A stretch of 64,000 bases of DNA from an uncultured delta proteobacterium (GCA_963755715.1 CAVWLW010000025.1:1-64000); one strand, 5' to 3'. Counted from the stretch's first letter, positions 1 through 10,641 are shown. The notes: a model not told the origin generated them from the sequence alone. A program made the numbers and translations.

Positions 1-740
1 AAAGAGCCGTTCTCCCGGCGTGGTTGGAAAAGAACGGGTGATTGTCCTCGGGCCGGGCGTCAGGAGCTGCTCGACCGTGATTTCGCCGCCGGCTTTCAAT
101 TTTTCGTTCTATCTCGCAAATGTCTTCACGAGGGCATGAGGGATCAACAATACTAATGTCGGGCGATCTTGTTTGAGCCGCAATGTGTATGGCGTTGGAT
201 TCCCGTCTAACGTGTACGCAGGAGAAACCGATCCCGTCCAACTCATCGACTGTTGCTGCTGCGCCCCGCTGTATTGCAGCGAGATTGCCGATTGCTGCAC
301 GCGAGCACATCGAGACCCTCTAGGTGGGGCCTAAGGAAATCGGCAGCGCAAATGCGCCATTTCCTGATCCTTATTAGTCATTCCGGAATAAAAAATTAAT
401 TTGACATTTTTCCAAGAGAGCGGATAAGGTCTCCGCTGTAAATTCTCAGCAGTGCTCGTGGCTACTGCGCGTGCACTGAAGTGAGAGGAGCATGCAGATG
501 AAGCCGTCGAGAATCTTCCTCTCCTGCAGATTTTCCACCGCGCCGCATTTTTTCCATTTCCGCGTAATTCTGCAACTGGTAGTTCACGACATATCCCCAC
601 CCGCAAATTAGACCCGCTTTCTCTCAGGCGGCAGCAATCTAATTGCTAGGTCCTGTTCTAGTGGAGAAAGGCGTCAGGTATGAATCGTGCCAAATCTACC
701 TTCAACAATACCGAAAAGGCGAGGCCATAATGAAGCAGCA

Positions 741-1172
741 ATGAAGCACGCAACCCATTGTTGGTTCACGAGAGTTCAGTACCTCGTATTAACCCTCTTC
801 CTGAGTGTTGGTCTATCTCTCATTGCCGGCACGGTGATGGCTCAGGAGCCTAAGGTCACGTCTCTCATGTCGAAAGATCTTCCGGAGAATCCCGGCAAGG
901 AACTTCTGATGATCACAGTGGAGCATGCGCCCGGCGGGTCGAGCCCTATCCACCGACACAATGCACATGCGATGGTTTACGTACTGGAGGGCTCCGTCGT
1001 GATGCAGGTGAAGGGCGGAAAAGAAGTTACGCTGACGCCAGGACAGACCTTCTATGAAGGCCCCAACGATATTCATGTCGTTGACCGGAACGCAAGCAAA
1101 ACCCAGCCGGCAAAATTCGTGGTGTTCTTGATCAAGGACAAGGGCGCTCCGGCGCTCGTGCCAGTGAAGTGA
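741..1172 (+). CDS. Exported cupin-2 domain protein
   Basis: Hydrophobic N-terminus followed by cupin motifs PGGSSPIHRHNAHAMVYVLEG and PGQTFYEGPNDIH; start codon uncertain (687 or 741). Confidence 0.85.
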   Translation: MKHATHCWFTRVQYLVLTLFLSVGLSLIAGTVMAQEPKVTSLMSKDLPENPGKELLMITVEHAPGGSSPIHRHNAHAMVYVLEGSVVMQVKGGKEVTLTPGQTFYEGPNDIHVVDRNASKTQPAKFVVFLIKDKGAPALVPVK

Positions 1173-1363
1173 CTGGGGAGCGTCTTTCCCGCTTGCTCCG
1201 AATTATCGTCGACGGAGCACTGGAAACACAGAGGAGAAACGAGCTGTTATGGTTCAATAAACATTGGCAACGTTCTCACACGGATGCGCCTTAAACGTAA
1301 TGCGAATCCGAAGTGAACTTAAACACTCGTCCGATTGCGGGCGACTACAGAAGGAGAGCGCAT

Positions 1364-2107
1364 ATGAAGATCGTAGTCATCGGCGGCACCGGCCTGATCG
1401 GCTCGAAGACCGTCCCCATTCTGCGCCAGGGCGGCCACGAGGTCCTCGCCGCCTCGCCCAATACCGGCGTCAACACCATCACTGGTGAGGGGTTGGCGAA
1501 AGCGCTTGCCGGCGCTCAGGTTGTCGTCGACTTGGCGAATGCGCCTTCGTGGGAGGACAAGGCGGTGTTGGAATTCTTCGAGACCTCCGGCCGCAACCTT
1601 CTCGCGGCGGAGGCCGCAGCCGGCGTCCGGCACCATGTCGCGCTCTCCATCGTCGGAACCGACCGGTCGCCCGACAATGGCTATTTCCGCGCCAAGGTCG
1701 CCCAAGAGAAACTGATCGAGACCTCCGGCATCCCCTACACCATCATCCGCTCGACCCAGTTCATGGAATTCCTCGCCGGCATCGCCGCTTCAAGTACGGA
1801 TGGAAACATGGTCAGGCTTTCGCCCGGCCTGTTCCAGCCCATCGCTGCGGACGACGTTGCTGCCATCGTTGCCGATGTGGCGCTCGCGGCGCCGCGAAAC
1901 GGCATCGTCGAGATCGCCGGCCCGGAACGAGCGCCGTTCAACGAAATCGTCGCCCGCTATCTGAAGGCGGTCGGCGACCCGCGTAAGGTCGTGAGTGACC
2001 CCGAGGCCCGATACTACGGCGGCCGGGTCGAGGAGCGCTCGCTCGTGCCGTTGGGCGAAGCGCGCCTCGGCCGCATCGGTCTCGACGAATGGCTCCGCCG
2101 CTCCTAG
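1364..2107 (+). CDS. NmrA-like / atypical SDR NAD(P)-binding protein
   Basis: AGGAGA RBS before ATG 1364; MKIVVIGGTGLIG Rossmann motif; YFRAK motif. Confidence 0.9.
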   Translation: MKIVVIGGTGLIGSKTVPILRQGGHEVLAASPNTGVNTITGEGLAKALAGAQVVVDLANAPSWEDKAVLEFFETSGRNLLAAEAAAGVRHHVALSIVGTDRSPDNGYFRAKVAQEKLIETSGIPYTIIRSTQFMEFLAGIAASSTDGNMVRLSPGLFQPIAADDVAAIVADVALAAPRNGIVEIAGPERAPFNEIVARYLKAVGDPRKVVSDPEARYYGGRVEERSLVPLGEARLGRIGLDEWLRRS

Positions 2108-2371
2108 CCAAACGGCAAGTGACCCTCGTCTAAGCTAGGCGAGCGGGCAACGCAGAACCGTGAGGAGTTCCCGTCATCGCCAACCTTTACCGCGGAGTTC
2201 GCTTCGATCCGCAACGGCCGATGTGGACCGGATGCTCGGTCGGCATCTTTCTCTCGTCGAAGCATGAAACTTCAGGTCAGTTGATGATGATGTGAACTGC
2301 CCGGTGATGTTTCGTAGGGTGATGTGGTTCCTTTCCATGTTCGTAGCCTCCAAACAAGGTCTGGAGCAGTA

Positions 2372-3379
2372 CTACAGTACGATATTGTTTCTGGGTTCCA
2401 ATGGCGGCGGCAAGTCGGTTTCGCCAAGCATCTCCCGCAAATCTATTTCCGCGGTCCGGCACATTTGTGAGATCGGGACGTCATTCGCATTCCCTTCAAA
2501 CGGGTTTTCGGTGCTCTCTCCGACTCGCTCCAGCGAGGTGTACATCCAGGAAATCAATACACTGAAAGGGATGACCAGCCAGACCATGTTTCCCTTGATC
2601 ACCCCCTCGACGCTGTCATTGAGCTTGTCGAATTCCCTGAGCAACCCGAAGGGAAGCAGAAGGCAGAACAATTTGATGAAAAAGGAATTGATGGTTGCAT
2701 ATTGCCTTGGATACGGGAAATCCTTGATGCATTCACATCTGCCTTGTTGCAAGAGGAAATCCTTGATTGACCTTTGCATGTCGAGGAACTGCGCCACGTC
2801 AATCGCCTGGCTGGCGAAAAGCCCTTTTATCGTTTTGCTTTGAAGGCTCATGATCTGGGTTGCCTTGCTGCCCGTGGCAAGAATCTGTTTTCGCTCCGCA
2901 TCAGGAAGGTATTTCGCCAGCTCCGTTTCCAATGCCGTTTGCATTTCAGGGATGGAGTAATACTTCAAATACTCTGCATTGTGTGCCTTGCTTGTGGTTT
3001 CCCATGCCCTGTTCTCCCGCAGCTGATAGCGCAATGCAGTCAACCAGGCGAGGTGGCGATAGACAAGCTCTGTTGATTTTTCGGCATTGTCAAAAAAGTC
3101 CCTGCTCATTGTTCCCCAGGCCCGACTGCTGCTTATGATGTCGCCCCATATTTGTCGAGCTTCCCAGGTACGGTTATAGGTTTGCAAGTTTTTGAAACCA
3201 ACGATAAACGCGGTGGCTGTTCCCAGGAGCGCCACTACCGTCGAGGGAATGCCCAGCCATTTGATGTTCCCGATCTGGTATGCAGCAACAGGTACGACTC
3301 CCAGAACGATCAGGACGTAGATATCCCTTCGTGTCCAATTGAGGAACTCCGAAAGTTTGTATGATTTGCCAGTGTGCAT
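2372..3379 (-). CDS. Bestrophin-family ion channel
   Basis: FKNLQTYNRTWEARQIWG, PYPRQY and ENPFEGNANDVP motifs typical of bacterial bestrophins. Confidence 0.88.
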   Translation of the reverse strand: MHTGKSYKLSEFLNWTRRDIYVLIVLGVVPVAAYQIGNIKWLGIPSTVVALLGTATAFIVGFKNLQTYNRTWEARQIWGDIISSSRAWGTMSRDFFDNAEKSTELVYRHLAWLTALRYQLRENRAWETTSKAHNAEYLKYYSIPEMQTALETELAKYLPDAERKQILATGSKATQIMSLQSKTIKGLFASQAIDVAQFLDMQRSIKDFLLQQGRCECIKDFPYPRQYATINSFFIKLFCLLLPFGLLREFDKLNDSVEGVIKGNMVWLVIPFSVLISWMYTSLERVGESTENPFEGNANDVPISQMCRTAEIDLREMLGETDLPPPLEPRNNIVL

Positions 3380-3513
3380 GGTTGCTTGTCCTTACCAAAG
3401 CAGGGCGAGCCACGCGGGTCAGGTCTTGCATTGCCACAAAGGATTTTATTTGATCGTCTGACAACGCTTTGTTGATCTCACCGGGCACTTTCACGCCCCG
3501 GGCGTGCCCTTCA

Positions 3514-4500
3514 TTATTTTCCCCATAGCGAGGTGAAAAAGCCCTCATTGATCAACTCCTGCACCAAGCTGTTGTCATAGAACTGCTCCAGCTTTGCTTG
3601 CCTGGCCTTGGGATTTTTCTTACCGATCTCGTCCGCGGTGACCTGAAAGGCCTCGCGCTTGACCAGCGGGATCTTCTCGACGAAGTCGTAGGCGTATTGC
3701 ATGGTGCCCTCGAGCATGGCCGGATCCGTGACCTTGGTGTAACGGGAAACGATCGTCTTCGACTCCTCTTTGCGGGTATGCATGAAATGAACGGCCTTGC
3801 CGTAAGCGCGTACGAATGCCTTGGCCTGAGCCCTGCGTTCGCGCAGGAATTTACCCGTTGTCGTCAGGCCTTGATGCACAAAGGGGATCTCCTCCTTGGC
3901 TAAATTGGCCAGCATCTTCATCCCGGCCTGTTGCGCCACCAAGCCCATGGGATAGGACATCGCCGCGGCATAAATGGATTTATTCGATAAGCCAGCGGCC
4001 AACTCCGGCAATCCGCCGATCTGGATGATCGGCACGTCGCGGACCGGCTCCAGACCGTATTTTTTCAGAAACATCTGCATAGCGAAATCCGTAGTCGCGC
4101 CAAAGCGGGTAACTCCCACAGGCTTGCCTCTCAAGTCTTGAACACTCTTGATCTCCGGTGCTGCGATCACGTACAGCGCGACGAAATTGACGATCGCGCC
4201 GACCGCCACGAGATCGCCGCCCTGAAGGCCGGTGTCTACTATCGCTTGACTGTTCGCCGTCGAGATCGCTACTTCCCCTGCCATCATCGCTTGCGCCATA
4301 GTCGATGAGGCGGCGATATAAACGAGATTCGCGTCCAATCCCTCCTGCTTAAAGAAGCCAGCGTCCTTGATGATCCAGAAGGGGGCTTGTATCGCGGTGA
4401 TTCCAGAATAGCCGACCACGAGCTTTTGCGCCTGAGACACGTCAGGAAGACCAATCAGGGCAAGGCCAAGAGCAATAACTCTGCAAGCCACTGCTTTCAT
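3514..4500 (-). CDS. ABC transporter substrate-binding protein (NMT1/SsuA-like)
   Basis: Signal peptide; GFFKQEGLD and IKSVQDLRGKPVGVTRFG motifs. Confidence 0.88.
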   Translation of the reverse strand: MKAVACRVIALGLALIGLPDVSQAQKLVVGYSGITAIQAPFWIIKDAGFFKQEGLDANLVYIAASSTMAQAMMAGEVAISTANSQAIVDTGLQGGDLVAVGAIVNFVALYVIAAPEIKSVQDLRGKPVGVTRFGATTDFAMQMFLKKYGLEPVRDVPIIQIGGLPELAAGLSNKSIYAAAMSYPMGLVAQQAGMKMLANLAKEEIPFVHQGLTTTGKFLRERRAQAKAFVRAYGKAVHFMHTRKEESKTIVSRYTKVTDPAMLEGTMQYAYDFVEKIPLVKREAFQVTADEIGKKNPKARQAKLEQFYDNSLVQELINEGFFTSLWGK

Positions 4501-4539
4501 AATCGCCTCCGGGTCAGTGAATAGAGTCCGCTATCAAGG

Positions 4540-4617
4540 GTTCAAAGTTCAAAGCTCAACGTGCAAAGTCGAGAGATCGGAATTCCGTCCTTGAACCTGG
4601 AACATTGAACCTTGAAC
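4540..4617. repeat. Inverted array of 7-mer repeats (GTTCAAA-type x4, then CTTGAAC-type x4)
   Basis: GTTCAAA GTTCAAA GCTCAAC GTGCAAA, a central GGAATTCC palindrome, then CTTGAAC CTGGAAC ATTGAAC CTTGAAC; forms a long imperfect hairpin. Confidence 0.75.
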
Positions 4618-4684
4618 GAACCATGCTGTTGAGCTTCATGCCTTCTGCATACCCGACGAGATCCGATTCCAGGTCGCTATAAAC

Positions 4685-5485
4685 TCAGCCGACGTTGAGT
4701 GCGCCGCCACCGTCGACGAGAAGCGCCACTCCGGTGATGAAGTTGGCCTCATCGGAGGCGAGGAACAGCGCCGCATTGGCCACGTCCCAAGCCGTACCCA
4801 TTTTGCGGCGTAGCGGTACGCGGGCATCGCGCTCCGCCGCGACCTCGGCGCGGCTCTTGCCGCTCACGCGGGCGCGCGTGTCGACCGCCATCGGCGTGTC
4901 GATCAGGCCGGGCAGGATCACGTTGGCGCGAATGCCAAACTCGGCGTTCTGGATGGCGACCTGCTTGGTAAATGCGATCAGTGCCGCCTTGGTCGCCTTG
5001 TAGGCGACCAAGGGATAGTTCTCCAGTGCGGCAAGCGAAGAGATCATCGTGATGGCGCCCGCGCGCTGCTGTCGCATGATCGGAATGCAGTGCTTGCATG
5101 CCATGATCGCGCCGCGCAGATTGATGGCGCTGATGCGGTCGAAGGCCTCCTCAGTGAACTCGAGCAGCGGCGCATCGCCACCGGCAATGCTGACACCGAC
5201 ATTGTAATGCAGAATGTCGATGTGGCCCCAGCGTTGCTGCGCAGCCGCTATGGCGGCGGCAAGCGTCGATTCCTTGGTGACGTCGGCCTCGAAGGCGACG
5301 CATTCGCCACCGCTCTGCTTGACCATCGACACGGTCTCCTCGGCGGATCGGAGCACACGATCGACAGCCATAACTTTGGCGCCTTCCTGTGCAAAGCGCA
5401 GCACCGTGGCACGCCCGTTGCCCATCCCTTCGCCTGGGCCCTGACCGGCGCCGATAACAACGGCGGTCTTTCCTCCTAGACGCAT
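4685..5485 (-). CDS. Short-chain dehydrogenase/reductase
   Basis: GAGQGPGEGMG nucleotide-binding loop, YKATK catalytic motif, NVILPG, VDGG C-terminus. Confidence 0.92.
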   Translation of the reverse strand: MRLGGKTAVVIGAGQGPGEGMGNGRATVLRFAQEGAKVMAVDRVLRSAEETVSMVKQSGGECVAFEADVTKESTLAAAIAAAQQRWGHIDILHYNVGVSIAGGDAPLLEFTEEAFDRISAINLRGAIMACKHCIPIMRQQRAGAITMISSLAALENYPLVAYKATKAALIAFTKQVAIQNAEFGIRANVILPGLIDTPMAVDTRARVSGKSRAEVAAERDARVPLRRKMGTAWDVANAALFLASDEANFITGVALLVDGGGALNVG

Positions 5486-5655
5486 TGTGGAATCAGAGGA
5501 TACTCGGTCGCCAAATCGCCGGTTGATCCATTCCCTTGACTTACGCTCCTGTGGTCGTTCGCTCTCCTTGCCTTTTAGAGCCTGACTCCTCGATCGTCAA
5601 CCCGGGAGAGGACTGCCACTGGAAATATCACAGGCAGAATTCCGTCGAGAGAGGA

Positions 5656-5690
5656 AATGGAGAATGGAAAATTGAGAATGGAGAATTGGG
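5656..5690 (+). repeat. Tandem heptamer repeat AATGGAG-like x5
   Basis: AATGGAG AATGGAA AATTGAG AATGGAG AATTGGG. Confidence 0.75.
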
Positions 5691-5764
5691 CGGATTGTCG
5701 GGCGTGGGTTGGTGCCACGGCTGAGACGCTCCTGTTGTTTAGGTGATTTCGCGCGTGGTAGGAG

Positions 5765-5792
5765 GTAGGGGCGATTCGTGAATCGCCCCTAC
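5765..5792. repeat. REP palindrome copy 1
   Basis: GTAGGGGCGATTCGTGAATCGCCCCTAC, GTAG-capped palindrome with one central mismatch. Confidence 0.92.
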
Positions 5793-5864
5793 GGATCACG
5801 GCATTCGGATGCTGACAAAACCGGCGCCGTAATCGGTGACGGGCGAAGCCCAGCAGTAGGCGAG

Positions 5865-6475
5865 ATGGAAATCAAATCCTGTAACGGAGCGTGCGTGACG
5901 GCAATCGCGAAGAATCCAATCGACCAGAAACGGAAACGTCGATCGATTCGTTTGCAGGGTTATGATTATTCGCAGGCTGGGGCATATTACATCACGATGT
6001 GCACACGGAATCGGGAATGTTTGTTCGGTAACGTGGTCGATGGTCAGATACAATTGAACGAGATCGGTCAGATCGTTCAGACCGTGTGGAATGGGTTGCC
6101 GCAATTTTATGAGGGCGTTGAATTAGATGCGTTCGTTGTCATGCCCAATCACGTGCATGGGGTTATCGTCATCCACGCGGCGTAGGGGCGATTCATGAAT
6201 CGCCCCTACCATCGAAATCATTCGCGTCGGCGCGTATTGCGGATCGCCGCGGCATGTTGTTATCGAAGATCATTGGGCGGTTTAAAATGGTTACGGCCAA
6301 ACAGATCAATGCTCTCCGCAAAACATCGGGCCTGACGGTCTGGCAACGCAATTATTACGAACACGTCGTCCGTGACGAGGTATCCCTCAACCGTATTCGA
6401 CAGTACATCGCAGACAACCCAGCGCAATGGGAATTTGATCGGGAGAATCCGGCGGCAGGTACAATCGAACGGTAG
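5865..6475 (+). mobile_element. REP-associated tyrosine transposase (RAYT, Y1 HUH), split by a frameshift at about 6180
   Basis: RRSIRLQGYDYSQAGAYYITMCT, HUH motif MPNHVH, WQRNYYEHVVR, YIADNP; the second half is in frame with the internal REP (VGAIHESPL); start codon approximate. Confidence 0.9.
6182..6209. repeat. REP palindrome copy 2, inside the transposase gene
   Basis: Perfect 28-bp palindrome GTAGGGGCGATTCATGAATCGCCCCTAC. Confidence 0.95.
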
Positions 6476-6499
6476 GGGCGATTCATGAATCGCCCCTAC
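6472..6499. repeat. REP palindrome copy 3; supplies the transposase stop codon
   Basis: Identical to copy 2; TAG 6473-6475 ends the transposase ORF. Confidence 0.95.
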
Positions 6500-6514
6500 G
6501 GGGAAATCAATCCA

Positions 6515-7961
6515 ATGCCCAAATCCCTCCGCACCTTTATCGACGACATGCGCCGCGCGTATCCGAGTGAGGTGGTGTCGATCGCCAAGACCGTCAATCC
6601 GTTGACCTATGACGTCACGGCGATCGTCAAGCAGCTCGGCGCGCTGAAGAAATTTCCCATTCTGATTTTCGAGCAACCGCTCAACGCGCATGGTCACGCT
6701 AATGACATGAAGCTCGTCATGAGCGCGGAGAATTCGCAAAAGAAGATTCAGGTGGCGCTCGGTGTTCCCGCTGAAACGGATCGCGCCGAGATGGCGCGCG
6801 AGTGTTTGCGGCGCGAAGCGGCCAAGATCGGGCCGGTGCTCGTCAGCAAGGACTCAGCGCCGGTCAAAGAGATTATCCAGACGGGCGATCGAGTCGATCT
6901 TTACGAGCTGCCGCTTTTGCGCCATCACGAAATGGACGGCGGGCCTTATATCGATATGTCGAGCGTTGCGCGGGACCGCGGCAGCGGCGTTTACAATTGC
7001 TCGTATCACCGGATGGAAATCAAAGATCGAAACCATACCGGCTTCCTGATGACCTTGCAGCATATGTGGCGGATTTTTCGCGGCTACGAAGAAGCCAATG
7101 AAGAATGTCCGATCGCCACGGTGATCGGTCATCATCCTGCCTATCAAATGGGCGCTTGCTACGGTGGGCCGTTCGAAATCAGCGAATATGAAATCATCGG
7201 CGGCTACTTGCAGGAGCCGCTGCGGCTGACGCCGTCGGAAACATGGGGCGAACGATTGCTCGTGCCGGCTGACGCCGAGATCGTGATCGAAGGCGCGCTG
7301 CTTGCCCGGCAAGCGCATGGTCGAAGGACCGTTCGGCGAAGTAAACGGCTATTTGGGCGTGCAAGGTTTTCAACAATCGGCGCACTATGAAGTGCGCGCG
7401 ATCACGCGCCGGCGCGGCGCGATGCACACCTCGATCCTCACGCCGGAGGGCGACAAGCCGTGGATGGATCTGGCGCGCGAAGGCGCATATTTGCGGCGCT
7501 GCCGCGAAGCGGTGCCGAACGTGCAAGCGGTGTGCGCCAGCGGCCGACACGCGCTGCTCAATGTTTTTATCTCGATGAAAAAAATGTCCGAAGGCGATCC
7601 GGGCCGCGCGGCGGCCGCGGCGTTGACCTGGGATTGGGCCAAGAATGTTTTCGTCTTCGACGAAGACATCGACGTTTACAACCCGACGGAAATTCTCTGG
7701 GCGCTGGCGACGCGGGTGCAGCCGCACCTGCAGATTTCAATTATTCCGGAAATCATGCGCGGCAGCCTGATCGATCCATCGATGATCGATGCGCGCAAGA
7801 CTTCCGTGATGATCGTCGACGCGACCAAACCGCTGGATCGGCCGTTCTCGCCGGTATCGAAGTGTCCCGACGAGGCGCTCACGAGGATCAAGCTGGAAGA
7901 ATTTGTTCCAGGAGAAATCCTGCAGCACATACCGGTGGATCGAACCACTTATTGGGCGTGA
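6515..7961 (+). CDS. UbiD-family prFMN-dependent (de)carboxylase (frameshift at about 7305)
   Basis: DGGPY, NCSYHRME, VPADAEIVIEG, then after one extra base EGPFGEVNGY and DEDIDVYNPTEILWALATR. Confidence 0.9.
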
Positions 7962-7975
7962 CAGGAGGCGTGCCA

Positions 7976-9052
7976 ATGAAAGTATTTATGCTTGCTCTCA
8001 TCAGCCTATTTGTCGTCGGCTCTGCGCGCGACGCCGGCGCGGCCGCACCGCGTGAGCCCGAGGAAATCTGGCAGGAGCTGCTCAAATTGCCCAGCGATGA
8101 AAGGCAAAAACGCTTGGTCGCCGGCGCCAAAGCGGAAGGGAAGGCGATTGTTTACGGCAACATTAGCGCCGATCATCTGGAAAAGCTGCGCATCGACTTC
8201 GACAAGCGCTACGGCGTGAAGCTCGACGGCTACCGCGCTTCTGGCGAACGGGTCGCCAACCGTTTACTGACTGAAGCGCGCAGCGGCAAGCTCGACGCCG
8301 ACGTGATGGCGCCGAGCAACGAGCATATGCCGGCGCTGATCAAAGCGGGTGTCGCCGGTCGATATAATTCGCCCGAGCGCGCGGCGTATCCCGATTCGCA
8401 TAAAGATCGTCTAGGCTACTGGGCGGCGTACGACTACAACGTCGCGGTGATCGCGTATAACACGCGGCTGGTGCCGGCCGCCGAGGCGCCGAAGAAATAC
8501 GACGATTTTTTAGATCCCAAATGGAAAGGCAATTTTGCGCTCGACATGGACCCGGACAAATCGATCATGGGCTGGTTCAAAACCTGGGGGCCGGAGCGGA
8601 CGAGAAAATATCTCCAAGCGATCAGCAAGAACGACGTGGTGGTACGCAAGGGCCATACGCTCATGGCGCAATTGTTATGCGCCGGCGAATTCAAAGCCGC
8701 GATCGATCTTTATGCCTATCGTCTGGCGGATCTCAAGCACACGCGCGGCTGTCCGGTGGAGATATCTTATCCCGACCCGGCGCCGGCGACGCCGAGCCCG
8801 GTCGGCGTGATCAAAAAAACGCCGCGGCCTTACGCGGCGGCGCTGCTGCTCGATTATATTCTCTCCGAGGCGGCGCAGAAGATCTTTGCCGACTTCGGCC
8901 GGATTTCAGCGCGCCGCGGCGTGCGGCCGCGCTATCCGGATATCGATATCGAGGCGAAGGGCGTCAAAATATTGCTGCTGACGCCTGACGACGCCGTGCA
9001 GTTCGATAAACCTTATCAGCAATTGCGCGAAGAATTTTTACTGAATCGTTAG
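7976..9052 (+). CDS. ABC extracellular solute-binding protein (Fe3+/thiamine-like SBP family)
   Basis: AGGAGG RBS, signal peptide, GAKAEG, AYNTRLV, DFLDPKWKG, AAALLLDYILSEAAQ. Confidence 0.88.
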   Translation: MKVFMLALISLFVVGSARDAGAAAPREPEEIWQELLKLPSDERQKRLVAGAKAEGKAIVYGNISADHLEKLRIDFDKRYGVKLDGYRASGERVANRLLTEARSGKLDADVMAPSNEHMPALIKAGVAGRYNSPERAAYPDSHKDRLGYWAAYDYNVAVIAYNTRLVPAAEAPKKYDDFLDPKWKGNFALDMDPDKSIMGWFKTWGPERTRKYLQAISKNDVVVRKGHTLMAQLLCAGEFKAAIDLYAYRLADLKHTRGCPVEISYPDPAPATPSPVGVIKKTPRPYAAALLLDYILSEAAQKIFADFGRISARRGVRPRYPDIDIEAKGVKILLLTPDDAVQFDKPYQQLREEFLLNR

Positions 9053-9068
9053 AAAGGTAGAGATTCTG

Positions 9069-9926
9069 ATGGCATCAGATCATAAGACAAAAATTTTCGT
9101 CGTCGCTCTGCTCCTTGCTTTGGTGTTTTCATCTCCCTCCAACGGCGCGGAGGTGACGCAACGAACCGTCATCCTTTCGACCACCACGAGCACGCAGGAC
9201 TCCGGCTTGCTCGACGTCTTGATTCCGCTTTTTGAAAAGCAAACCGGCTATTCCATCAAGACGATTTCGGTTGGTACCGGGCAGGCCTTGGCGCTAGCAG
9301 CGAAAGGGGACGCGGACGTGGCTCTCGTGCATGCGCCGAGCCTGGAAAAGCAATACGTCGCCGAGGGCAAGCTGCTGAATCGTCGCCTGGTGATGTACAA
9401 CGATTTCGTCATCATCGGACCGAAAGAAGATCCGGCTAAAGCGCGTTTGGCGAAAAGCGCGGTCGGCGCGCTCAAGGCGATCGAGCAAGCCAAAGCCAGT
9501 TTCGTTTCGCGCGGCGACAACTCGGGCACGCATGTGTTGGAAAAGGCGCTTTGGAAATCGGCCGGCGTTGAGCCGAAGGGCGCCTGGTATATCGAGGCTG
9601 GACAGGGCATGGGCGCCACGCTCGGCATCGCCAACGAGCGCAACGCCTATACGATCACGGATCGGGGAACCTATTTGGCGCTCGGGAAACGCGTCAGCTT
9701 GCCGATTTTGATCGAAGGCGACAAAGCGCTCTTGAATATTTACTCCGTCATGGAAGTGAATCCCGCCAACGGACCGCGCATCAACTCGGCGGGCGGCAAG
9801 GCTTTCGCCGATTTCATGGTCGCGCCACAAACCCAGAATGTGATTCGCAGTTTCGGCGTCGAGAAATTCGGCCAATCGCTTTTCGTTCCTGTCGCCGGCA
9901 AGAAAGAGGACGAGCTCGGAGTTTAA
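9069..9926 (+). CDS. tupA: Tungstate ABC transporter substrate-binding protein
   Basis: TTTSTQDSGLLD signature, VGTGQAL, SRGDNSGTH. Confidence 0.92.
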   Translation: MASDHKTKIFVVALLLALVFSSPSNGAEVTQRTVILSTTTSTQDSGLLDVLIPLFEKQTGYSIKTISVGTGQALALAAKGDADVALVHAPSLEKQYVAEGKLLNRRLVMYNDFVIIGPKEDPAKARLAKSAVGALKAIEQAKASFVSRGDNSGTHVLEKALWKSAGVEPKGAWYIEAGQGMGATLGIANERNAYTITDRGTYLALGKRVSLPILIEGDKALLNIYSVMEVNPANGPRINSAGGKAFADFMVAPQTQNVIRSFGVEKFGQSLFVPVAGKKEDELGV

Positions 9927-9927
9927 C

Positions 9928-10641
9928 GTGGAGCTGATCTGGCAAGGTATTCTAAAAGCTGTCGAGTTGGTCTTCGGTTTCGATGCCGAGGTCTGGGCGA
10001 TCACCTGGCTATCGCTCAAAATCTCCGGGGCGGCGACCCTGATTTCTCTCTTGCTCGGCATTCCTCTCGGCATCGCGCTCGCTCTCGCTCGTTTTCCCGG
10101 CCGATCTCTCATCGCCGCTCTGGTCAATACCGGCATGGGTTTGCCGCCGGTAGTCGTGGGTTTGTTCGTGTCGATCTTTCTTTGGCGCAGCGGACCCTTG
10201 GGTTTTCTCGAACTGATCTATTCGCCGTCGGCCATGGTGCTTGCCCAAGTGATCATCGCGTTGCCGATCGTCGCCGGTTTGACCATGGCGAGCTTTCAGA
10301 GTCTCGACCCAAAATTGAGCTTGCAGTTACTCGGCATCGGCGCGTCGCGAGCGCAGCTACTCTGGCTGTTATGCAGAGAAGCGCGTCTGCCGCTGCTCGC
10401 CGCGGTGATGGCCGGCTTCGGCGGCGTGATTTCAGAGGTCGGCGCTTCGATGATGGTCGGCGGTAATATTCGCGGTCAAACCCGCGTGCTGACGACCGCG
10501 ACGGTGCTCGAAACGGGCAGAGGCAATTTCGACGTCGCGATCGCCTTGAGCTTGATCTTGTTGACGTTGACCTTTGCGATCAATTTTTTCTTGACCCGCA
10601 TTCAGCAGCGAGAGCACCTTCGGTGGCCAAGACTCTCCTGA
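9928..10641 (+). CDS. tupB: Tungstate ABC transporter permease
   Basis: GMGLPPVVVGL, EVGASMMVGGNIRGQTRVLTTA. Confidence 0.92.
   Translation: MELIWQGILKAVELVFGFDAEVWAITWLSLKISGAATLISLLLGIPLGIALALARFPGRSLIAALVNTGMGLPPVVVGLFVSIFLWRSGPLGFLELIYSPSAMVLAQVIIALPIVAGLTMASFQSLDPKLSLQLLGIGASRAQLLWLLCREARLPLLAAVMAGFGGVISEVGASMMVGGNIRGQTRVLTTATVLETGRGNFDVAIALSLILLTLTFAINFFLTRIQQREHLRWPRLS

Noticed and set aside
1-300. In-frame TAG at 109-111 on the minus strand as pyrrolysine or readthrough
   Set aside because: No recognisable family spans it, no pyl genes are present, and the window edge truncates it; probably a junction of fragments
5765-6499. CRISPR array formed by the three 28-bp repeats
   Set aside because: Spacing is hundreds of bases of transposase coding sequence, the repeats are GTAG REPs, and no cas genes are present
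7460-7975. N-terminal extension of the 530-aa ORF 7460..9052
   Set aside because: It overlaps the UbiD C-terminus; the real start is ATG 7976 with RBS and signal peptide
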